A DNA stretch of 64,000 nt from Hydrolagus colliei (taxonomy: Eukaryota): positions 496,001 through 560,000 of the forward strand of contig CM068771.1 of assembly GCA_035084275.1 (NCBI GenBank), in the 5' to 3' direction. Within the stretch, counting starts at the first letter, position 1; each line of letters opens with the position of its first letter. Of this stretch, positions 10,228-21,683 are shown piece after piece. Under the pieces are notes generated by a model. The model worked only from the letters and a program-made list of their open reading frames with translations, was not told the origin of the DNA and did no database searches. The translations under genes were made by a program, and so were the position numbers.

Positions 10228-11672
10228 GAGAGAGAGTGTGTGGAGGGGGAGAGCAGAGAGAGAGAGTGTGTGGAGGGGGAGAGCAGAGAGAGAGTGGAGG
10301 GGGAGAGAGAGAGTGTGTGGAGGGGGAGAGCAGAGAGAGAGAGTGTGGAGGGGGAGAGCAGAGAGAGAGTGTGTGGAGGGGGGAGAGCAGAGAGAGAGTG
10401 TGTGAAGGGGGAGAGCAGAGAGAGAGTGTGAAGGGGGAGAGCAGAGAGAGAGTGTGGAGGGGGAGAGCAGAGAGAGTGTGGAGGGGGAGAGCAGAGAGAG
10501 AGAGTGAGGGGGAGAGCAGAGAGAGAGTGTGGAGGGAGAGAGCAGAGAGAGAGTGTGGAGGAGGAGAGCAGAGAGAGTGTGGAGGGGGAGAGCAGAGAGA
10601 GAGTGTGGAGGGGGAGAGAGAGAGTGTGTGGAGGGGGAGAGCAGAGAGAGTGTGGAGGGGAGAGCAGAGAGAGAGAGTGGAGGGGGAGAGCAGAGAGAGA
10701 GTGTGGAGGGAGAGAGCAGAGAGAGAGTGTGGAGGAGGAGAGCAGAGAGAGTGTGGAGGGGGAGAGCAGAGAGAGAGTCTGGATGGGGAGAGCAGAGAGA
10801 GTGTGTGGAGGGGCAGAGCAGAGAGAGAGAGAGTGGACGGGGGAGAGAGAGTGTGTGGAGGGGGAGAGCAGAGAGAGAGTGTGGAGGGGGAGAGCAGAGA
10901 GAGCGTGTGGAGGGGGAGAGCAGAGAGAGAGAGAGAGAGAGAGAGAGTGTGGAGGGGGAGAGCAGAGAGAGAGTGTGGAGGGGGGAGAGCAGAGAGAGAG
11001 TGGAGGGGGAGAGCAGAGAGAGAGAGTGGAGGGGGAGAGCAGAGAGAGAGTGTGGAGGGGGAGAGCAGAGAGAGTGTGGAGGGGGAGAGCAGAGAGAGAG
11101 TGTGGAGGGGGAGAGCAGAGAGAGTGTGTGGAGGGGGAGAGCAGAGAGAGTGTGTGGAGGGGGAGAGCAGAGAGAGAGTGTGGAGGGGGAGAGCAGAGAG
11201 AGAGTGTGGAGGGGGAGAGCAGAGAGAGGTGTGTGGAGGGGGAGAGCAGAGAGAGTGTGGAGGGGGGAGAGCAGAGAGAGAGTGTGGAGGGGGAGAGCAG
11301 AGAGAGAGTGTGGAGGGGGAGAGCAGAGAGAGAGTGTGGAGGGGGAGAGCAGAGAGAGAGTGTGGAGGGGGAGAGCAGAGAGAGTGTGGAGGGGGGAGAA
11401 CAGAGAGAGAGAGAGAGAGAGAGAGAGTGGATGGGGAGAGCAGAGAGAGAGTGGAGGGGGAGAGGCAGAGAGAGTGTGGAGGGGGAGAGTAGAGAGAGAG
11501 TGTGGAGGGGGAGAGCAGAGAGAGAGTGTGGAGGGGGAGAGCAGAGAGAGAGTGTGGAGGGGGAGAGCAGAGAGAGAGTGTGGAGGGGGAGAGCAGAGAG
11601 AGAGTGTGGAGGGGGAGAGCAGAGAGAGTGTGTGGAGGGGGAGAGCAGAGAGAGCGTATGGAGGGGGAGAGC

Positions 11673-11706
<34 letters not shown>

Positions 11707-12522
11707 TGTGGAGGGGGAGAGCAGAGAGAGTGTGGAGGGGGAGAGCAGAGAGAGAGTGTGGAGGGGAGAGCAGAGAGAGAGTGTGGAGGGGGAGAGCAGA
11801 GAGAGTGTGGAGGGGGAGAGCAGAGAGAGAGTGTGGAGGGGGAGAGCAGAGAGAGTGTGGAGGGTAGAGCAGAGAGAGAGTGTGGAGGGGGGAGAGCAGA
11901 GAGAGCATGTGGAGGGGGAGAGCAGAGAGAGCGTGTGGAGGGGGAGAGCAGAGAGAGTGTGTGGAGGGGGAGAGCAGAGAGAGAGAGAGTGTGGAGGGGG
12001 ACATCAGAGAGAGAGAGAGAGTGTGGAGGGGAGAGCAGAGAGAGAGTGTGGAGGGGGGAGAGCAGAGAGAGAGTGGAGGGGGAGAGCAGAGAGAGAGTGT
12101 GGAGGGGGAGAGCAGAGAGAGTGTGGAGGGGGGAGAGCAGAGAGAGAGTGTGGAGGGGGAGAGCAGAGAGAGTGTGTGGAGGGGGAGAGCAGAGAGAGAG
12201 TGTGGAGGGGGAGAGCAGAGAGAGAGTGTGGAGGGGGGAGAGCAGAGAGAGTGTGGCGGGGGAGAGCAGAGAGAGAGAGTGTGTCGGGGGAGAACAGAGA
12301 GAGAGTGTGGAGGGGGAGAGCAGAGAGAGTGTGTGGAGGGGGAGAGCAGAGAGAGTGTGTGGAGGGGGAGAGAGAGAGAGTGTGGAGGGGGAGAGCAGAG
12401 AGAGAGTGTGGAGGGGGAGAGCAGAGAGAGTGTGGGGGGGGAGAGCAGAGAGAGAGCGTGGAGGGGGAGAGCAGAGAGAGAGTGTGGAGGGGGAGAGCAG
12501 AGAGAGAGTGTGGAGGGGGAGA

Positions 12523-12566
<44 letters not shown>

Positions 12567-13594
12567 GGGGGAGAGCAGAGAGAGTGTGGAGGGGGAGAGC
12601 AGAGAGAGAGTGGAGGGGGAGAGCAGAGAGAGAGTGTGGAGGGGGGAGAGCAGAGAGAGTGTGTGGAGGGGGAGAGCAGAGAGAGTGTGGAGGGGGGAGA
12701 GCAGAGAGAGAGTGTGGAGGGGGAGAGCAGAGAGAGAGTGTGGAGGGGGAGAGCAGAGAGAGAGAGTGGAGGGGGGAGAGCAGAGAGAGAGTGTGGAGGG
12801 GGAGAGCAGAGAGAGAGAGTGGAGGGGGAGAGCAGAGAGAGAGAGTGGAGGGGGAGAGCAGAGAGAGAGTGTGGAGGGGGAGAGCAGAGAGAGAGAGTGG
12901 AGGGGGGGAGCAGAGAGAGAGTGTGGAGGGGGGAGAGCAGAGAGAGAGTGTGGAGGGGGAGAGCAGAGAGAGAGTGTGGAGGGGGAGAGCAGAGAGAGTG
13001 TGGAGGGGGAGAGGAGAGAGAGAGTGTGGAGGGGGAGAGCAGAGAGAGAGTGTGGAGGGGGAGAGCAGAGAGAGAGTGTGGAGGGGGAGAGCAGAGAGAG
13101 AGTGTGGAGGGGGGAGAGCAGAGAGAGAGTGTGGAGGGGGAGAGCAGAGAGAGTGTGGAGGGGGAGAACAGAGGGAGAGAGAAAGAGAGAGAGAGTGGAT
13201 GGGGAGAGCAGAGAGAGAGTGGAGGGGGAGAGCAGAGAGAGTGTGGAGGGGGAGAGTAGAGAGAGAGTGTGGAGGGGGAGAGCAGAGAGAGAGTGTGGAG
13301 GGGAGAGCAGAGAGAGAGTGTGGAGGGGGAGAGCAGAGAGAGTGTGTGGAGGGGGAGAGCACAGAGAGAGTGTGGAGGGGGAGAGCAGAGAGAGAGTGTG
13401 GAGGGGGAGAGCAGAGAGAGAGTGTGGAGGGGGAGAGCAGAGAGAGAGTGTGGAGGGGGAGAGCAGAGAGAGAGAGTGTGGAGGGGGAGAGCAGAGAGAG
13501 TGTGGAGGGGGAGAGCAGAGAGAGAGAGAGTGGAGGGGGAGAGAGAGAGTGTGTGGGAGGGGGAGAGCAGAGAGAGCGTATGGAGGGGGAGAGC

Positions 13595-13628
<34 letters not shown>

Positions 13629-16600
13629 TGTGGAGGGGGAGAGCAGAGAGAGTGTGGAGGGGGAGAGCAGAGAGAGAGTGGAGGGGGAGAGCAGAGAGAG
13701 AGTGTGGAAGGGGAGAGCAGAGAGAGTGTGGAGGGGGAGAGCAGAGAGAGTGTGGAGGGGGAGAGCAGAGAGAGTGTGTGGAGGGGGAGAGCAGAGAGAG
13801 TGTGGAGGGGGAGAGCAGAGAGAGTGTGGAGGGGGAGAGCAGAGAGAGAGTGGAGGGGGAGAGGAGAGAGAGAGAGAGAGAGTGGAGGGGGAGAGAGAGA
13901 GAGTGTGGAGGGGGAGAGCAGAGAGAGTGTGGAGGGGGACAGCAGAGAGAGAGTGTGGAGGGGGAGAGCAGAGAGAGAGTGTGGAGCGGGAGAGAGAGAG
14001 TGGAGGTGGAGAGCAGAGAGAGTGTGGAGGGGGAGAGCAGAGAGAGTATGGAGGGGGAGAGCAGAGAGAGTGTGGAGGGGGAGAGCAGAGAGAGAGTGTG
14101 TAGGGGGAGAGCAGAGAGAGAGTGTGGAGGGGAGAGCAGGGAGAGAGTGTGGAGGGGGAGAGCAGAGAGAGAGTGGAGGGGGAGAGCAGAGAGAGAGTGT
14201 GGAGGGGGAGAGCAGAGAGAGAGTGTGGAGGTGGAGAGAGAGAGAGTGTGGAGGGGGAGAGCAGAGAGAGAGTGTGGAGGGGGAGAGAGAGAGTGGAGTT
14301 GGAGAGCAGAGAGAGTGTGGAGGGGGAGAGCAGAGAGAGAGTGGAGGGGGAGAGCAGAGAGAGTGTGGAGGGGGAGAGCAGAGAGAGAGAGTGTGGAGGG
14401 GGAGAGCAGAGAGAGAGTGTGGAGGGGGAGAGCAGAGAGAGAGTGTGGAGGGGGAGAGCAGAGAGAGAGTGTGGAGGGGGAGAGCAGAGAGAGAGAGAGT
14501 GTGGAGGGGGAGAGCAGAGAGAGAGTGTGGAGGGGGAGAGAGAGAGAGTGTGGAGGGGGAGAGCAGAGAGAGAGAGAGCGTGGAGGGGGGAGAGCAGAGA
14601 GAGAGTGGAGGGGGAGAGCAGAGAGAGAGTGTGGAGGCGGAGAGCAGAGAGAGAGTGTGGAGGGGGAGAGCAGAGAGAGAGTGTGGAGGGGGAGAGCAGA
14701 GAGAGAGTGTGGAGGGGGAGAGCAGAGAGAGAGAGAGTGGAGGGGGAGAGCAGAGAGAGTGTGGAGGGGGAGAGCAGAGAGAGAGAGTGGAGAGGGAGAG
14801 CAGAGAGAGAGAGTGTGGAGGGGAGAGCAGAGAGAGAGGGAAAGTGTGGAGGGGGAGAGCAGAGAGAGAGAGAAAGTGTGGAGGGGGAGAGCAGAGAGTG
14901 TGTGGAGGGGGAGAGAGAGTGTGGAGGGGGAGAGAGAGTGTGGAGGGGGAGAGCAGAGAGAGTGTGGAGGGGGAGAGCAGAGAGAGTGGAGGGGGAGAGT
15001 AGAGAGAGAGTGTGGAGGGGGAGAGCAGAGAGAGAGTGTGGAGGGGGAGAGCAGAGAGAGAGTGTGGAGGGGGAGAGCAGAGAGAGAGAGTGGAGGGGGA
15101 GAGCAGAGAGTGTGTGGAGGGGGAGAGAGAGTGTGGAGGGGAGAGCAGAGAGAGTGTGTGGAGGGGGAGAGCAGAGAGAGAGTGTGGAGGGGGAGAGCAG
15201 AGAGAGAGTGTGGAGGGGAGAGAGAGAGAGTGTGGAGGGGGAGAGCAGAGAGAGAGAGAGTGGAGGGGGAGAGCAGAGAGACAGAGAGAGTGTGGAGGGG
15301 GAGAGCAGAGAGAGAGAGTGGAGAGGGAGAGCAGAGAGAGAGTGTGGAGGGGAGAGCAGAGAGAGAGAGAGAAGTGTGGAGGGGGAGAGCAGAGAGAGAG
15401 AGAAAGTGTGGAGGGGGAGAGCAGAGAGAGAGAAAGTGTGGAGGGGGAGAGCAGAGAGAGAGAAAGTGTGGAGGGGGAGAGCAGAGAGTGTGTGGAGGAG
15501 GAGAGAGAGTGTGGGAGGGGGGAGAGCAGAGAGAGTGTGGAGTAGGAGAGCAGAGAGAGAGTGTGGAGGGGGAGATCAGAGAGAGAGAGAGTGTGGAGGG
15601 GGAGAGCAGAGAGAGAGTGTGGAGGGGGAGAGAGAGAGAGTGTGGAGGGGGAGAGCAGAGGAGAGAGAGTGTGGAGGGGGAGAGCAGAGAGAGAGTGTGG
15701 AGGGGGAGAGCAGAGAGAGAGTGTGGAGGGGGAGAGCAGAGAGAGAGTGTGGAGGGGGAGAGCAGAGAGAGAGTGTGGAGGGGGAGAGCAGAGAGAGAGA
15801 GAGTGTGGAGGGGGAGAGCAGAGAGAGAGTGTGGAGGGGGAGAGAGAGAGAGTGTGGAGGGGGAGAGCAGAGAGAGTGTGGAGGGGGAGAGCAGAGAGAG
15901 AGAGAGTGTGGAGGGGGAGAGCAGAGAGAGAGTGGAGGGGGAGAGCAGAGAGAGAGTGTGGAGGCGGAGAGCAGAGAGAGAGTGTGGAGGGGGAGAGCAG
16001 AGAGAGAGTGTGGAGGGGGAGAGCAGAGAGAGAGAGAGTGGAGGGGGAGAGCAGAGAGAGTGTGGAGGGGGAGAGCAGAGAGAGAGAGTGGAGAGGAGAG
16101 CAGAGAGAGAGAGTGTGGAGGGGAGAGCAGAGAGAGAGGGAAAGTGTGGAGGGGGGAGAGCAGAGAGAGAGAGAAAGTGTGGAGGGGGAGAGCAGAGAGA
16201 GAGAAAGTGTGGAGGGGGAGAGCAGAGAGAGAGAAAGTGTGGAGGGGGAGAGCAGAGAGTGTGTGGAGGGGGAGAGAGAGTGTGGAGGGGGAGAGAGAGT
16301 GTGGAGGGGGAGAGCAGAGAGAGTGTGGAGGGGGGAGAGCAGAGAGAGTGGAGGGGGAGAGTAGAGAGAGAGTGTGGAGGGGGGAGAGCAGAGAGAGAGT
16401 GTGGAGGGGGAGAGCAGAGAGAGAGTGTGGAGGGGGAGAGCAGAGAGAGAGAGTGGAGCGGGAGAGCAGAGAGTGTGTGGAGGGGGGAGAGAGAGTGTGG
16501 AGGGGAGAGCAGAGAGAGTGTGTGGAGGGGGAGAGCAGAGAGAGAGTGGTGGAGGGGGAGAGCAGAGAGAGAGTGTGGAGGGGGAGAGCAGAGAGAGAGT

Positions 16601-18349
16601 GTAGAGGGGGAGAGCAGAGAGAGAGAGAGTGGAGGGGGAGAGCAGAGAGAGAGTGTGGAGGCGGAGAGCAGAGAGAGAGTGTGGAGGGGGAGAGCAGAGA
16701 GAGAGTGTGGAGGGGGAGAGAGAGAGAGTGTGGAGGGGGAGAGCAGAGAGAAAGAGAGAGTGTGGAGGGGGAGAGCAGAGAGAGAGAGTGGAGAGGGAGA
16801 GCAGAGAGAGAGTGGAGGGGAGAGCAGAGAGAGAGAGAAAGTGTGGAGGGGGAGAGCAGAGAGAGAGAGAAAGTGTGGAGGGGGAGAGCAGAGAGAGAGA
16901 AAGTGTGGAGGGGGAGAGCAGAGAGAGAGAAAGTGTGGAGGGGGAGAGCAGAGAGTGTGTGGAGGAGGAGAGAGAGTGTGGAGGGGGAGAGCAGAGAGAG
17001 TGTGGAGTAGGAGAGCAGAGAGAGTGGAGGGGGAGAGCAGAGAGAGAGTGTGGAGGGGGAGAGCAGAGAGAGTGTGGAGGGGGAGAGCAGAGAGAGTGTG
17101 GAGGGGGAGAGCAGAGAGAGTGTGGAGGGGGAGAGCAGAGAGAGAGAGTGTGGAGGGGAGAGCAGAGAGAGAGTGTGGAGGGGGAGAGCAGAGAGAGAGT
17201 GTGGAGGGGGAGAGCAGAGAGAGAGTGTGGAGGGGGAGATCAGAGAGAGAGAGAGTGTGGAGGGGGAGAGCAGAGAGAGAGTGGAGGGGGAGAGCAGAGA
17301 GAGAGTGTGGAGGCGGAGAGCAGAGAGAGAGGTGGAGGGGGAGAGCAGAGAGAGAGTGTGGAGGGAGAGAGGAGAGCAGAGAGAGAGTGTGGAGGGGGAG
17401 AGCAGAGAGAGAGAGAGTGGAGGGGGAGAGCAGAGAGAGTGTGGAGGGGGAGAGCAGAGAGAGAGAGTGGAGAGGGAGAGCAGAGAGAGAGAGTGTGGAG
17501 GGGAGAGCAGAGAGAGAGGGAAAGTGTGGAGGGGGAGAGCAGAGAGAGAGAGAAAGTGTGGAGGGGGAGAGCAGAGAGTGTGTGGAGGGGGAGAGAGAGT
17601 GTGGAGGGGGAGAGAGAGTGTGGAGGGGGAGAGCAGAGAGAGTGTGGAGGGGGAGAGCAGAGAGAGTGGAGGGGGAGAGTAGAGAGAGAGTGTGGAGGGG
17701 GAGAGCAGAGAGAGAGTGTGGAGGGGGAGAGCAGAGAGTGTGTGGAGGGGGAGAGAGAGTGTGGAGGGGGAGAGCAGAGAGAGTGTGGAGGGGGAGAGCA
17801 GAGAGAGAGAGTGGAGGGGGAGAGCAGAGAGAGAGTGTGGAGGGAGAGAGCAGAGAGAGAGTGTGGAGGAGGAGAGCAGAGAGAGTGTGGAGGGGGAGAG
17901 CAGAGAGAGAGTCTGGATGGGGAGAGCAGAGAGAGTGTGTGGAGGGGCAGAGCAGAGAGAGAGAGAGTGGACGGGGAGAGAGAGTGTGTGGAGGGGGAGA
18001 GCAGAGAGAGAGTGTGGAGGGGGAGAGCAGAGAGAGCGTGTGGAGGGGGAGAGCAGAGAGAGAGAGAGAGAGAGAGAGTGTGGAGGGGGAGAGCAGAGAG
18101 AGAGTGTGGAGGGGGAGAGCAGAGAGAGAGTGGAGGGGAGAGCAGAGAGAGTGTGGAGGGGGAGAGTAGAGAGAGAGTGTGGAGGGGAGAGCAGAGAGAG
18201 AGTGTGGAGGGGGAGAGCATGAGAGAGAGTGTGGAGGGGGGAGAGCAGAGAGAGAGTGTGGAGGGGAGAGCAGAGAGAGAGTGTGGAGGGGGAGAGCAGA
18301 GAGAGTGTGTGGAGGGGGAGAGCAGAGAGAGCGTATGGAGGGGGAGAGC

Positions 18350-18383
<34 letters not shown>

Positions 18384-19862
18384 TGTGGAGGGGGAGAGCA
18401 GAGAGAGTGTGGAGGGGGAGAGCAGAGAGAGAGTGGAGGGGGAGAGCAGAGAGAGAGTGTGGAGGGGGAGAGCAGAGAGAGTGTGGAGGGGGAGAGCAGA
18501 GAGAGAGTGTGGAGGGGGAGAGCAGAGAGAGTGTGTGGAGGGGGAGAGCAGAGAGAGAGAGTGTGGCGGGGGAGAGCAGAGAGAGAGTGTGGAGGGGGAG
18601 AGCAGAGAGAGTGTGTGGAGGGGGAGAGCAGAGAGAGAGAGTGTGGCGGGGGAGAGCAGAGAGAGAGTGTGGAGGGGGAGAGCAGAGAGAGTGTGTGGAG
18701 GGGGAGAGCAGAGAGAGTATGTGGAGGGGGAGAGAGAGAGTGTGTGGAGGGGGAGAGCAGAGAGAGAGTGTGGAGGGGGAGAGCAGAGAGAGTGTGTGGA
18801 GGGGGAGAGCAGAGAGAGAGAGAGAGTGTGGAGGGGGAGAGAAGAGAGTGTGTGGAGGGGGAGAGAGAGAGAGTGTGGAGGGGGAGAGCAGAGAGAGAGT
18901 GTGGAGGGGGAGAGCAGAGAGAGAGAGTGGAGGGGGAGAGAGAGATTGTGTGGAGGGGGAGAGCAGAGAGAGTGTGGAGGGGGAGAGCAGAGAGAGAGTG
19001 TGGAGGGGAGAGCAGAGAGAGAGTGTGGAGGGGGAGAGCAGAGAGAGTGTGGAGGGGGAGAGCAGAGAGAGAGTGTGGAGGGGGAGAGCAGAGAGAGTGT
19101 GGAGGGTAGAGCAGAGAGAGAGAGTGGAGGGGGAGAGCAGAGAGAGAGTGTGGAGGGGGAGAGCAGAGAGAGTGTGGAGGGCAGAGCAGAGAGAGAGTGT
19201 GGAGGGGGAGAGCAGAGAGAGCATGTGGAGGGGGAGAGCAGAGAGAGCGTGTGGAGGGGGAGAGCAGAGAGCGTGTGTGGAGGGGGAGAGCAGAGAGAGA
19301 GAGAGTGTGGAGGGGGACATCAGAGAGAGAGAGAGAGTGTGGAGGGGGAGAGCAGAGAGAGTGTGGAGGGGGAGAGCAGAGAGAGAGTGGAGGGGGAGAG
19401 CAGAGAGAGAGTGTGGAGGGGGAGAGCAGAGAGAGTGTGGAGGGGAGAGCAGAGAGAGAGTGTGGAGGGGGAGAGCAGAGAGAGTGTGTGGAGGGGGAGA
19501 GCAGAGAGAGAGTGTGGAGGGGGAGAGCAGAGAGAGAGTGTGGAGGGGGAGAGCAGAGAGAGTGTGGCGGGGGGAGAGCAGAGAGAGAGAGTGTGGAGGG
19601 GGAGAACAGAGAGAGAGTGTGGAGGGGGAGAGCAGAGAGAGTGTGTGGAGGGGGAGAGCAGAGAGAGTGTGTGGAGGGGGAGAGAGAGAGAGTGTGGAGG
19701 GGGAGAGCAGAGAGAGAGTGTGGAGGGGGAGAGCAGAGAGAGTGTGGGGGGGGAGAGCAGAGAGAGAGCGTGGAGGGGGAGAGCAGAGAGAGAGTGTGGA
19801 GGGGGAGAGCAGAGAGGAGAGTGTGGAGGGGGAGAGCAGAGAGAGAGCGTGGAGGGGGGAGA

Positions 19863-19906
<44 letters not shown>

Positions 19907-20119
19907 GGGGGAGAGCAGAGAGAGTGTGGAGGGGGAGAGCAGAGAGAGAGAGTGTGGAGGGGGAGAGGAGAGAGAGAGTGTGGAGGGGGAGAGCAGAGAG
20001 AGAGTGTGGAGGGGGAGAGCAGAGAGAGAGTGTGGAGGGGGAGAGCAGAGAGAGAGTGTGGAGGGGGAGAGCAGAGAGAGAGTGTGGAGGGGGAGAGCAG
20101 AGAGAGTGTGGAGGGGGAG

Positions 20120-20156
<37 letters not shown>

Positions 20157-20710
20157 TGGGGAGAGCAGAGAGAGAGTGTGGAGGGGGAGAGCAGAGAGAG
20201 TGTGTGGAGGGGGAGAGCACAGAGAGAGTGTGGAGGGGAGAGCAGAGAGAGTGTGTGGAGGGGGAGAGCACAGAGAGAGTGTGGAGGGGGAGAGCAGAGA
20301 GAGAGTGTGGAGGGGGAGAGCAGAGAGAGAGAGTGTGGAGGGGGAGAGCAGAGAGAGAGTGTGGAGGGGGAGAGCAGAGAGAGAGTGTGGAGGGGGAGAG
20401 CAGAGAGAGAGTGTGGAGGGGGAGAGCAGAGAGAGAGTCTGGAGGGGGAGAGCAGAGAGAGAGTCTGGAGGGGGAGAGCAGAGAGAGTGTGTGAGGTGGA
20501 GAGCAGAGAGAGTGTGGAGGGGGAGAGCAGAGAGAGAGTGTGGAGGGGGAGAGCAGAGAGAGAGTGTGGAGGGGGAGAGCAGAGAGAGAGTGTGGAGGGG
20601 GAGAGCAGAGAGAGTGTGTGGAGGGGCAGAGCAGAGAGAGAGAGAGTGGAGGGGGAGAGAGAGAGTGTGTGGAGGGGGAGAGCAGAGAGAGCGTATGGAG
20701 GGGGGAGAGC

Positions 20711-20746
<36 letters not shown>

Positions 20747-21649
20747 TGTGGAGGGGGAGAGCAGAGAGAGTGTGGAGGGGGAGAGCAGAGAGAGAGTGGA
20801 GGGGGGAGAGCAGAGAGAGAGTGTGGAGGGGGAGAGCAGAGAGAGTGTGTGGAGGGGGAGAGCAGAGAGAGTGTGGAGGGGGAGAGCAGAGAGAGAGTGT
20901 GGAGGGGGAGAGCAGAGAGAGAGTGTGGAGGGGGAGAGCAGAGAGAGAGAGTGGAGGGGGAGAGCAGAGAGAGAGTGTGGAGGGGGAGAGCAGAGAGAGA
21001 GAGTGGAGGGGGGAGAGCAGAGAGAGAGAGTGGAGGGGGAGAGCAGAGAGAGAGTGTGGAGGGGGAGAGCAGAGAGAGAGAGTGGAGGGGGGGAGCAGAG
21101 AGAGAGTGTGGAGGGGGAGAGCAGAGAGAGAGTGTGGAGGGGGAGAGCAGAGAGAGAGTGTGGAGGGGGAGAGCAGAGAGAGAGTGTGGAGGGGGAGAGC
21201 AGAGAGAGTGTGGAGGGGAGAACAGAGGGAGAGAGAAAGAGAGAGAGAGTGGATGGGGAGAGCAGAGAGAGAGTGGAGGGGGAGAGCAGAGAGAGTGTGG
21301 AGGGGGAGAGTAGAGAGAGAGTGTGGAGGGGGAGAGCAGAGAGAGAGTGTGGAGGGGGAGAGCAGAGAGAGAGTGTGGAGGGGGAGAGCAGAGAGAGTGT
21401 GTGGAGGGGGAGAGCACAGAGAGAGTGTGGAGGGGGAGAGCAGAGAGAGAGTGTGGAGGGGGAGAGCAGAGAGAGAGTGTGGAGGGGGAGAGCAGAGAGA
21501 GAGTGTGGAGGGGGAGAGCAGAGAGAGAGAGGTGTGGAGGGGGAGAGCAGAGAGAGTGTGGAGGGGGAGAGCAGAGAGAGAGAGAGTGGAGGGGGAGAGA
21601 GAGAGTGTGTGGAGGGGGAGAGCAGAGAGAGCGTATGGAGGGGGAGAGC

Positions 21650-21683
<34 letters not shown>

